A stretch of DNA of 64,000 nt. Origin: a virus. Taxonomy: Duplodnaviria; Caudoviricetes. The position numbers were made by a program, and so were the translations under genes. Under the pieces are notes generated by a model. That model was given only the letters and a program-made list of their open reading frames with translations, was not told the origin of the DNA and searched no databases. The DNA is taken from the IMG/VR virus record IMGVR_UViG_3300020577_009322, positions 64,001-128,000 of that record, one strand, 5' to 3'. Positions 54,912-64,000 of this stretch are shown here, piece by piece. Numbering within the stretch: position 1 is the stretch's first letter; each line of letters starts with the position of its first letter.

Positions 54912-57741
54912 TTATCAAGCTGTATCTCAGTATAGACCATATTCTTTAAGAGTTAACGATATCTTCAAAGCCAATTCAGCATTAGATGCTTATTGGGATG
55001 ATGGGGCACGTTCTGTTAAGAAAGCTTATGAGAATGTTGTCGACTTGAAATTACATACGACTGAAAATAGACAGATAAGAGATCAATTTGTACAAGATGC
55101 ACAAAAACAGATAACTAAAATATCTTCTATGAATTTAGCTGATCCATCTGTACAGAGACAGGGAATTGATATATTTAAGCCACTATATAAAGACCAGAAT
55201 ATAGTTGGTGAAGATTATGTTATAAGAAACGGAGAACAAGAGTTAGCTACAGGAGAAACATTTCGTACAAAGGATGGTGGTAAAAACTATAATCCTTTAT
55301 CTATAGAAAATATTAAGTTTGAACAGAATTTACTATCTATTGATCCAGCTAAAGGTGGATTGAATAAAAGAGATGGATGGAAAGCTATAGTTAATAATCA
55401 ATCTACCTATACTCCATATACAGATATAAGTAAAGAATACAAGCAAATTCAGGATGCTGTTAAAGCAGAAGAGATCAAAAATGCATCCATTTCTGGAGAT
55501 CAATGGTATATTGAGGAAGTTAGTAAGAAAGGTGTAAGTAAGGATAGAATGCAAGCCGCTATAGAAGAAATGGGAAGTCCTCAGTTAAAAGAACAAATGA
55601 GAGTAGAGGGAAGAAATATTTATTATAAGAAGTTATCTGCAGATCCTACGCAAGTTGATGGATATTTCCAGTCTCTTGCAGGTTCTTATTATGATACAAA
55701 AATTAATGAATTAAAAAATAGAAAAGCAGAGATAGAATATAATAATTATATGACTCCTGATAAACCTGAATATGCAGCTAAGAAGCAATCATATAAGAAT
55801 ACATCAGAGGAGTTAGATAAAACTATTACTTCTCTTGAAACTAAATATAAGCCTGATTATATAAGAGAATTTAATGGATTATCCAATTTGGATAATCTAT
55901 CATCTAATATCTCAAAAATAGAGCAGTTATGGCAACAGTCATCTATTGATAATTTATCAGGCAAGTTAGCTTATGAAACCTCTTCTAGAGAAATAAAAGC
56001 TAATCCTGCCAAAATAGCTAAGGAAAATCTGAATCTAGGAATGCAACGTTTACAGGAGACTAAACGTCATAATTTGTCTACTGAACAAATTGATCTTCTT
56101 AAGAATATAAATAAATCTACAGGTAGTGCTGGAGGTGGAAATAGTAATTTCCTTTTACCTGGAGGAAATGGAACAGCAAATGTTCCCGTAAATTATAATA
56201 CACCTTCTCAAAAAGATCTTGATACCTTTAGAAAGGTAGCAGATACAATGCAGAAAGAGTTCGATAATAATGATGAACCAATAAGAGAGGCTGCTGTAAC
56301 AAATATTGTTGGTAATCAAGCCTGGAATTCTATTCAGGATCCGGCAAATGTTGGTAAGAAAACAAGTGATGTTTTAGTGGATACTGAAATACAGAAAGCT
56401 GCTGAATTCTTAAAAGCGTATAGTGACAAGCATACAGCAGAAGAATTACAAGTTGGTAGAATTCCTATACTTAATAAACCTATTTTAGTACCAAAAGGAT
56501 TATCAATTGATCAATATAAAGAGTATTTAGGAAATTTGTCAGCAGCCGGATTTAAAAATATAGTAGGAAAGCTAGTAAAATCTGATGTAGATTTAACCAG
56601 TGATTTAATTGGAAAACTAGCTACAGAAAATGGAGTAGACAAAGCAGCTAATTTTAGAAACACATATAACAATACTTTAAGAAATCAAATGAATTTATCT
56701 GCTAATATAACAAATCAAGTAGCGGAAAAATTAGGAGATTATGCATCACTTTTTCGTAATAACGGTAAAGTAAACTTAACAGATAGTGAAATTGCAGATG
56801 CATACAATAAAGGCATTCAATCTAATAAATTAATTGCTCATTATAATGTAGTAATAACACACCCTTCAAGTAACCCAAATACAACGGAAGAAAAATATAT
56901 TCCTCTTACAGAAAAAGAATTTAATGATTATAAGTCTGGAAAAGTAAAAAATTATGACGGGTACGTAGTTAGTCGTGTACCATCATTAAGTGAATTTTCT
57001 TCTACCATAAGAAGAAAAACGGATCCAGTATATTATCGTCTTAAGATGGAAAATAATCAAGCTGGAAATCAATATACTTATAATGATAAGAATAATGAAG
57101 AGAAGATTGCTGCATTAAATCGTTTTGAGACAATTTCTCCAGATGTACAAGGAACAGATGCTACTCCTGATAATAAGGAAATATTTAGTTTTTTAAAGAG
57201 TAATGCAAAACATTTGATTGCACAAGAAATAAAGACACCTGGTCCGGATGAAACTTTACCATCAGTTAAATTTACTATGGAAAACTTTGGAACAGGTAAA
57301 GAACAAGAGGAATTAAAGAAAATGGTTGATAAAGTTAACTCTACATGGTTCAGAACTACCGATGTTCCTGCAGATTATTTCTCTAAAGGAAACTCTTCGG
57401 GATCTGTAAGATACAGGGGAGCCTATGTTTCTTATATTCCATCTAAAATGCCAAATGGTCAAGAGGCAGGAATATTTATAAGAAATTTATCTACTAGTCC
57501 TGCTACTATTGAACCTGATATCCAGGTTAAGAATTTATATGTACTGAGAGATATTAATAAAGGTCCAGTAGAAGAAAATAAACTATACATAACAAAAGAT
57601 CTAGTAAAGAAACAATTTCAAGATAGTCATAATAATACTCCTATAGAAGTATATATGCAAAATGATGTTGATGAAGTTAATCGTTTTTTATCAGCATTAG
57701 TAACCAACATTGAGCAGAAAAATAAAGTAAAAGAAAAGTAA
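54880..57741 (+). CDS. Large putative virion cargo/ejection protein
   Basis: 953 aa; synteny. Confidence 0.6.
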   Translation: MPATSPFQGNDYQAVSQYRPYSLRVNDIFKANSALDAYWDDGARSVKKAYENVVDLKLHTTENRQIRDQFVQDAQKQITKISSMNLADPSVQRQGIDIFKPLYKDQNIVGEDYVIRNGEQELATGETFRTKDGGKNYNPLSIENIKFEQNLLSIDPAKGGLNKRDGWKAIVNNQSTYTPYTDISKEYKQIQDAVKAEEIKNASISGDQWYIEEVSKKGVSKDRMQAAIEEMGSPQLKEQMRVEGRNIYYKKLSADPTQVDGYFQSLAGSYYDTKINELKNRKAEIEYNNYMTPDKPEYAAKKQSYKNTSEELDKTITSLETKYKPDYIREFNGLSNLDNLSSNISKIEQLWQQSSIDNLSGKLAYETSSREIKANPAKIAKENLNLGMQRLQETKRHNLSTEQIDLLKNINKSTGSAGGGNSNFLLPGGNGTANVPVNYNTPSQKDLDTFRKVADTMQKEFDNNDEPIREAAVTNIVGNQAWNSIQDPANVGKKTSDVLVDTEIQKAAEFLKAYSDKHTAEELQVGRIPILNKPILVPKGLSIDQYKEYLGNLSAAGFKNIVGKLVKSDVDLTSDLIGKLATENGVDKAANFRNTYNNTLRNQMNLSANITNQVAEKLGDYASLFRNNGKVNLTDSEIADAYNKGIQSNKLIAHYNVVITHPSSNPNTTEEKYIPLTEKEFNDYKSGKVKNYDGYVVSRVPSLSEFSSTIRRKTDPVYYRLKMENNQAGNQYTYNDKNNEEKIAALNRFETISPDVQGTDATPDNKEIFSFLKSNAKHLIAQEIKTPGPDETLPSVKFTMENFGTGKEQEELKKMVDKVNSTWFRTTDVPADYFSKGNSSGSVRYRGAYVSYIPSKMPNGQEAGIFIRNLSTSPATIEPDIQVKNLYVLRDINKGPVEENKLYITKDLVKKQFQDSHNNTPIEVYMQNDVDEVNRFLSALVTNIEQKNKVKEK

Positions 57742-60700
57742 TGCCAGATTTAATAAATCCCACATTTGATACTAAGATAGATCAGCCAGATATTCCAGTA
57801 GTTGTTGATACTCAATGGAATAGACCAACTGTTCAAATACCAGATTCTTTAAAACAATCTCAAGCGTTGTTTCAGGAACCAGGTGATGTATCTTTAATGG
57901 ACTTTACTAACAAGGTAAATAATCACTTAACTCCAGATCAAGTAAAGAGAAATAATGAAGATGCTAATATTATGGCATCTCTTACACCTAAAATTACTAC
58001 TCCATCAAAAGAAGTCCCTTTCAGATATTTCTCATCTATTGATGCGATGCGCTATAAGCAGAATAGTAGATTATGGAATACTCAAGGATACAATCCTGAA
58101 GTTCCATCTGATATTACAGATGCTATCTATGATTTTCATGAGACTAAATGGGAGTCTATTAAGAATATTTTACCAAAATTATGGTCAACAACTGCCTTTT
58201 CCTTTAAGAATTATTTTGCAGAATATGCAGATACAGCTCGTGCTATTTCACAATTAGATGCTAATTTATTACATGATAGTCAGCGTTTTGAAGATTATCA
58301 AAACGACCAAAATGAATTAGAAGCATTAAATCCTGACTATAAAACTGATAAAGAAGTTAAATGGTGGCAGTTAGGTAGAGGGGATTATTGGGAACAATCG
58401 GCTTCATCTTTAGGATTTACTATTGGTACAATAGCTGCAGCGGTAACAGAAAATGTTGGTATTACACTGGCAACAGGAGGATTAGGAGAATTTGGTGAAT
58501 TATATAATTCACCTCGTAAAATATATAAAGCAATTTCAGATTATTATTCTTTAAAAAGAGCCTATTCTTTAGTAAAAGGTGCCCTAGGTGCTAAGTCACT
58601 TGTTGGTAGATTAGGTAATGCAGCTAATATTTGGAGATTAACAAATGGTGCACTATCAGAAGCTGCTTTTGAAGGAGCAACAATTGCTTATGATTATTTA
58701 CAATCATATAAACAGAATTACATAGATAAATATGGCAGAAATCCTTCTGAAGAAGAAATGAAGGGTGCAAAAATGGCAGCTAATTCTATGGCTAATGCCA
58801 CCATCTTATTTGAGACCCCTTTCTTAATGGCTAGTAATGCTGTTCAGTTTGGTAACTTAATTGCTCCAAAGACAATTGGAAAATTAGCTAAATTGGGAGA
58901 AAAGGGAGCCTTTAAGTTAGGTACCGAGTTGATAGATGGATTACCAAAGACAATAGTACAATCAACAGAAAATCAAGCAAAAAATATATTCACTAAATAT
59001 GGAGAGAAAGGATTACATGCTATAAAAAATGCTACATGGGAAGGTACTGAAGAAAGTTATCAAGCATTGGTAACTACTTCCACTCAAAAGTATTATGGAG
59101 ATAAGTATAAGAATGGAGATGATGGAGATATAATGAAAGCTCTCGGAGCAGGATATGATTATATTACTTCTAATCAAGGTCTAATAGAGTTTTCTGCGGG
59201 ATTTGCTACAGGAGAAATTTTTCATTTAGCTGGAGTACCTCTACATATATTTGCTAAACCTTCAGTAAGAACTGCTGAAGAACAAGCTACTTATAAGAAA
59301 GCTAATCCAGATGCTACAGATATTGATGCTAAATACAAAACTAATGTATTAAACAATGTCTTTGGATATGGAATGGATAAGATAAATAAAGAGAGAGAAA
59401 AAGCTAATCTGGAAGAAATAGCTAAAAAGCTCAATTCAGTTGATCTTGAGAAATTCTTAAAAGAAGAAGGATTTTTATCATTAGTAAAAGATAAACAAAC
59501 TCAGTTTGCTTTAGCAAAGTATTTACAAAATAATGATCAATTTAATATGCAGAATGCTCAAAATCTGCAGTTAAATCGTTACTTATATGCTGGTTTGACT
59601 ACAGGTAAAATTGATTTACAAATAGATAAATTAAAACAATTTGCTAGTCAAGATTTTCATACCTTGAGTGAATTTTTTGGGTTAGATGAAAATGATTATT
59701 CTACTCAGGAAGATAAAGATAAATTTATTAACGGATTTAGAGCATGGACGGCTGAATTAGGTAATAAAACTAAAGAATTTGAAAGAATTTTTAATCAACA
59801 AAAGGATTCATTTTCTTCTATTATATCTGCAGCAGCTAAGGAACATGATAAAAATTTATCAATCAAGAATAGTTTTCTGACCGATCTACAAAGAAAATAT
59901 TCAGAAGATAATATAGAAAATCTAAGTAAGAAAATATCATCTGATGAGATCACTCAGTTAAATGATATGAATGTAGCTACTGTCGCATCACATTTTCGTT
60001 TCTATGCTGTAAATGAAGCTGTAAAAGCCTCTGTATTTTCTCAAGTTGGTATGGATGATGCTGCTAATCGTGCTAAAGATATTGTTAGACAATTAGTTAA
60101 GAATGATTCTACTCATACCTTCTATCATGAATTAGGAAGTTTCTTTGATATTGGTTATAGAGAAAATCGCCTTAAGGACTTACAAAGTAAAGTAGATTTA
60201 GCCAAATCATCTAATGATGAAAATTTATCATTATATGAACAGCAGTTAAATTCTTTTAAAAGTATGACCAAGAAATTAGATGGTCAATTTAATAGAGCTT
60301 CTAACTATAATATAGATAGTGTTGCTAATAGTATTCTTGATTATTTACACAATACTCAAAGAGAATTAAACAACTTAGATAATTCTACTTCATTAGAGGA
60401 TCGTATAGCCAATCAAGAAGTGGGACAATATTCTCTTCTTAAAGAATTTGTTAAGTTACAAAAATCTCATCAAGAGAATCTTAACCTATATAATTATTTA
60501 TCTTCTCAGGCTAATAGAGAAGATTATACCCGTTTCCAGTCAAGAAAATTAACAGACTTCTTCTCTAAAGCTGTAGAGTTAACTGATAATGAGGAAAAAG
60601 ATAAGCAAGTTAAAGAAGCTGTTGATAATAATGGAGTTCAGGAAGCTGAAGTAGTGAAATCTTATGTTAAAAAGACTGAAGAACCTATTCAAGTTTCTAA

Positions 60701-61676
60701 CACTTTATCAGAAAATACAAAAGTAGAAAGTAAACCTAAATATAATATTGATAATGTTAATGCATTAATATTAGCTATTATACAAAAAAACTTTCAGAAG
60801 ATTTCTGATTTAAAATCAGAGATAGCAAAAATTCCAAAAGATTTAGTAGAAGAAAGAGTTAATTTACTTATCTCAAGAGTTGCTACATATAAGAAACCAG
60901 AGAATGCTAATAAAATAAAAGAAGAATTTAGAAGGATTTTTGGTGAAGATTTCTTACAGAATTCTCCTACTCCAAAAGTAGAGGAAAAACCAGCGGTTAA
61001 ACAACCATCTACTAATCCTTTAGATAAGATTAAGATAACCTTAACTCCACAAGAAGATAAGAGAGCTGATATAGAAAGAAGAAGACAAGAAGAACTAAAT
61101 CAAAAAACTGATGCAGGGTATTCAATTATTGCATTGGACTATTTATTTACAGGAGGTAGAGATGTAATACAATCTACTGATTATTTATTACAGGCTTTAG
61201 TTGGAGGATTTACAAGTGCAGCTAAAGAAATAAATGATATTAGAAATAAATATGCTGATAAGTTAGGTAATATTAAAGATGATATTAACTCTGATGTTTA
61301 TAATCAAATGATGTTAGAAATTAGGGATGTTATAAATAAAAATTATAATGACCCTAAAGCAAATGAAATTTTTGATAAAATATTAAAAAATGCAACAGGA
61401 TTTACAACTAGAGAAGGAAATCAAACAAGTATTGAATTAGATAAATTAAATGAACAAAATGATTCTAAAATCAATGCTAAATATTATGCAGAATTAGCTG
61501 CTTTAGGAGCTACTACAACCACTTCAATTAAACCCGGAGTAGAAGAATTATTCGATGAAAACCCTGAATTAGCTAATGCTGTATATTCAAAAATATTAAC
61601 TAATTCTGGACTTTCTTCTGAAAATTTATTATCTTTGCTATTGAAAGATAACTTAATAGAAAAACAATGTCCATAA
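57741..61676 (+). CDS. Large putative ejection protein with hydrophobic channel-like segments
   Basis: 1311 aa; Gly/Ala-rich segments; EGTEE motif. Confidence 0.6.
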   Translation: MPDLINPTFDTKIDQPDIPVVVDTQWNRPTVQIPDSLKQSQALFQEPGDVSLMDFTNKVNNHLTPDQVKRNNEDANIMASLTPKITTPSKEVPFRYFSSIDAMRYKQNSRLWNTQGYNPEVPSDITDAIYDFHETKWESIKNILPKLWSTTAFSFKNYFAEYADTARAISQLDANLLHDSQRFEDYQNDQNELEALNPDYKTDKEVKWWQLGRGDYWEQSASSLGFTIGTIAAAVTENVGITLATGGLGEFGELYNSPRKIYKAISDYYSLKRAYSLVKGALGAKSLVGRLGNAANIWRLTNGALSEAAFEGATIAYDYLQSYKQNYIDKYGRNPSEEEMKGAKMAANSMANATILFETPFLMASNAVQFGNLIAPKTIGKLAKLGEKGAFKLGTELIDGLPKTIVQSTENQAKNIFTKYGEKGLHAIKNATWEGTEESYQALVTTSTQKYYGDKYKNGDDGDIMKALGAGYDYITSNQGLIEFSAGFATGEIFHLAGVPLHIFAKPSVRTAEEQATYKKANPDATDIDAKYKTNVLNNVFGYGMDKINKEREKANLEEIAKKLNSVDLEKFLKEEGFLSLVKDKQTQFALAKYLQNNDQFNMQNAQNLQLNRYLYAGLTTGKIDLQIDKLKQFASQDFHTLSEFFGLDENDYSTQEDKDKFINGFRAWTAELGNKTKEFERIFNQQKDSFSSIISAAAKEHDKNLSIKNSFLTDLQRKYSEDNIENLSKKISSDEITQLNDMNVATVASHFRFYAVNEAVKASVFSQVGMDDAANRAKDIVRQLVKNDSTHTFYHELGSFFDIGYRENRLKDLQSKVDLAKSSNDENLSLYEQQLNSFKSMTKKLDGQFNRASNYNIDSVANSILDYLHNTQRELNNLDNSTSLEDRIANQEVGQYSLLKEFVKLQKSHQENLNLYNYLSSQANREDYTRFQSRKLTDFFSKAVELTDNEEKDKQVKEAVDNNGVQEAEVVKSYVKKTEEPIQVSNTLSENTKVESKPKYNIDNVNALILAIIQKNFQKISDLKSEIAKIPKDLVEERVNLLISRVATYKKPENANKIKEEFRRIFGEDFLQNSPTPKVEEKPAVKQPSTNPLDKIKITLTPQEDKRADIERRRQEELNQKTDAGYSIIALDYLFTGGRDVIQSTDYLLQALVGGFTSAAKEINDIRNKYADKLGNIKDDINSDVYNQMMLEIRDVINKNYNDPKANEIFDKILKNATGFTTREGNQTSIELDKLNEQNDSKINAKYYAELAALGATTTTSIKPGVEELFDENPELANAVYSKILTNSGLSSENLLSLLLKDNLIEKQCP

Positions 61677-62281
61677 GCGGTATATATAAAATAACAAATA
61701 TAATAACTCAAGATAGTTATGTTGGTTCTGCTGTAAATTTAAATAGCAGAAAAAGAACTCATTTTGCCAACATGAATTTGTCAAAACATCCTAATAAACA
61801 TCTACAAGCATCTTGTAATAAGTACGGTATTGATAATTTTCAGTTTGAAATTTTAGCTAATTGTCCTAAAGAATATTTATTAAAACTTGAACAGTTTTTT
61901 ATAGATAGTTTAAAACCTACTTTCAATAAAAGAAAAGAAGTTAATAGTAATTTAGGAATGATATTAACAGAAGAACATAAACAAAAGATTTCTGAAAGTA
62001 ATACTAATAATCCTAAAAGAGTTGGTAGAAAGTTATCTGATGAACATAAAGAAAGTATTAGAAAATCTCACTTAGGTAAAAGTCTTTCGGAAGAAACCAA
62101 ACAAAAAATATCTGAAAAGTTTAAAGGTGAAAATCATCCAATGGCTAAACTTAACCAAGAAAAAGCTAATGAAATTAGAACTTTATTTGGTAAAATGAAA
62201 ATAAAAGAAATAGCTTCTAAATATAATATTTGTGTAGGAACAGTAGAAAAAATTAAAAGTAATAAAATATGGGTTGCATAA
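61667..62281 (+). CDS. GIY-YIG homing endonuclease with NUMOD3 repeats
   Basis: SGIYKI..YVGS; HKQKISES/ETKQKISE repeats. Confidence 0.9.
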   Translation: MSISGIYKITNIITQDSYVGSAVNLNSRKRTHFANMNLSKHPNKHLQASCNKYGIDNFQFEILANCPKEYLLKLEQFFIDSLKPTFNKRKEVNSNLGMILTEEHKQKISESNTNNPKRVGRKLSDEHKESIRKSHLGKSLSEETKQKISEKFKGENHPMAKLNQEKANEIRTLFGKMKIKEIASKYNICVGTVEKIKSNKIWVA

Positions 62282-64000
62282 TAAAATATAAAAAACAATC
62301 AATACCAGAAGAACAATTTCTTCAATATCTTAATAAGCAAATTGCTATTAATAATTTATTTGAAACAAATGGTGATTTTGCTTCTAAAATTTATGAAGCT
62401 TTAGGGTTTAATAAACAAATAAATGAAATAGCAGATACTAAAAAAGTAGATGAATTTATTAAAAAATATAAAGATGCTTTACCAAATATTAAAGATGGTA
62501 AAACGTTAATATCTCATTTGCAAACTGTTTCTAATAGGAATACAGGAACAACTAAACAGTTTGCAGATTTAATAATTAAACTATCTAAATCAAATAAAGG
62601 ATTAGAAAAATTATTAAATAATCCTAATTTATATGCTAAACCAAACAGTGTAGGAGATGAAGGAGCTTTTCATTGGTCATTGTTTAATAATTTATCTGTT
62701 AACAAAATTGTTTTAGAATTAGACCATTTTAAAACTAATACTTATGATGATGTTTTTTTACATGAGTTAATTCATAATTTAACCACTCAATTTATTGTAA
62801 AAGATTCTGATTTATTTAATCAAAATTTTTATAATAAAGTAAAAGAACTATATTCTGTTTTTGATAACCATCTTGAAGCTAACAAAAAAGTAAATGAACC
62901 TTTACTTAAATCTACAAAAGATGATGTTAAAAACCTTAAAAGGCTAAAAGAATATTTTGAATTCTTACCCTCAGATGCTATTCAGCAAGAATTATTGTTT
63001 GGTAAAATAGGTAGTCTATCTACCGTTAAAGATGTAAAACTTGATTATAAGTCATTAGAAAATAAGTCTAAACAAGATGTTATAAAAGAATTAGAAAGAT
63101 TATTATCTTTTAAAGAAAGTAGAATACAAGAAATAGAAAAAGGAGATAAAGATTACTATTATTTTAATTCTAAAACATTTAAACAAGAAAATGTTCTATC
63201 TGAATTTTTAGCAACTTTTATAAATGATGCTAACTTTAGGGAACAACTTAAAAACATAGACTATAAAAACAATAAATCTATTTTTCAAGCTATTATTGAT
63301 TTAATATCTGAATTTATAGGATTAACTAAAAATGATAGTTTGTATAATGAATTTGTTTTAAATCTTACAAACTTTATTAATAATAATGATTATTCTACAA
63401 TAGCTGAACAAACACAAAAAACAGCTTATCAAAATAGAATAAATTTACTTGAACAACAAAAACAACAAGCTCAACAACTATATTCTCAATATCTACAACA
63501 AAATCCTAATGGTAGTATAGAACAGTTTAAAAGTTGGATTAGTAATAGAAACACTTTTGATAAAGAACTTGCTCAAAAAATACAAGATAAACTTCAAAGA
63601 CTATATCCTGAAATTAAATTAAATATTACTAATAATCCTATTTGGGAAAAAGGTGATAATGTATTTAATCAAGAAGAATATAACAATCAAGTTAATTATA
63701 GATTGAAAGCTACTGAAAAAGTATTAGATAATTTAGCTAAAATTAAACAATGGGAGTCTAATAAATCTATTGATAAAAATACTTTATGGAAAAAAATAGG
63801 GGAATTGGGTATTTCTAAACAACAATTAGAATTACTAAAAGAATCTGAAGGAAACACTATAGAAGAAAAGTTAACAAATTTTGTAGCTAATTATAGTTAT
63901 ACTGTAGAGATTAATACTGCTAAAGAAAATCTTAAAATACCTAAAGTTGATTATCCAAATGTTAATTCAATATTTATCAATGGAAAAGAATATAAAAAAA
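62269..64000 (+). CDS. Large protein with a zincin metallopeptidase domain (runs off the window; absent from the ORF track)
   Basis: MGCIIKYKKQSIPEEQFLQYL...DVFLHELIH...SEFLA; frame appears open to the window end. Confidence 0.75.
   Translation, partial: MGCIIKYKKQSIPEEQFLQYLNKQIAINNLFETNGDFASKIYEALGFNKQINEIADTKKVDEFIKKYKDALPNIKDGKTLISHLQTVSNRNTGTTKQFADLIIKLSKSNKGLEKLLNNPNLYAKPNSVGDEGAFHWSLFNNLSVNKIVLELDHFKTNTYDDVFLHELIHNLTTQFIVKDSDLFNQNFYNKVKELYSVFDNHLEANKKVNEPLLKSTKDDVKNLKRLKEYFEFLPSDAIQQELLFGKIGSLSTVKDVKLDYKSLENKSKQDVIKELERLLSFKESRIQEIEKGDKDYYYFNSKTFKQENVLSEFLATFINDANFREQLKNIDYKNNKSIFQAIIDLISEFIGLTKNDSLYNEFVLNLTNFINNNDYSTIAEQTQKTAYQNRINLLEQQKQQAQQLYSQYLQQNPNGSIEQFKSWISNRNTFDKELAQKIQDKLQRLYPEIKLNITNNPIWEKGDNVFNQEEYNNQVNYRLKATEKVLDNLAKIKQWESNKSIDKNTLWKKIGELGISKQQLELLKESEGNTIEEKLTNFVANYSYTVEINTAKENLKIPKVDYPNVNSIFINGKEYKK

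Noticed and set aside
61667-62281. Group I intron splitting one giant gene
   Set aside because: The upstream gene ends normally, the downstream gene has its own ATG (62269), and there is no room for an intron core.
1-64000. Genome-wide stop-codon reassignment, as in some crAss-like phages
   Set aside because: Core genes are intact in the standard code; TGA and TAG end normal genes; only two isolated in-frame stops; no suppressor tRNA.

Overview
AT-rich 64-kb segment of a crAss-like (Crassvirales-type) phage, probably infecting a Bacteroidota host, as suggested by repeated TTTG-N19/20-TAnnTTTG promoters and host-like gene fragments. Family calls come from motifs, size and synteny; no database search was run. 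Positions 1-11.4 kb hold minus-strand small accessory genes, a ~480-nt structured ncRNA candidate and an interrupted tRNA-Ile. From 11.6 kb the plus strand carries a BCS1-like ATPase, a PRTase, IHF-like proteins, a PD-(D/E)xK nuclease, TerL, portal, MCP and structural genes. A 25-tRNA array covering all 20 amino acids lies at 36.0-40.6 kb, followed by tail genes, ClpP-like protein, ferritin, a lytic transglycosylase, large cargo proteins and several homing endonucleases. Main finding: the tRNA array is split into three blocks, each preceded by a short leader ORF, an antiterminator and an intrinsic terminator. Each leader is rich in codons for the amino acids of the tRNAs directly downstream (P/T/C/F/W/Q/H; M/I/V/R/N/G/A/D/E/K; L/S/Y). 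This suggests ribosome-mediated attenuation that turns phage tRNA sets on when the matching host tRNAs are depleted.
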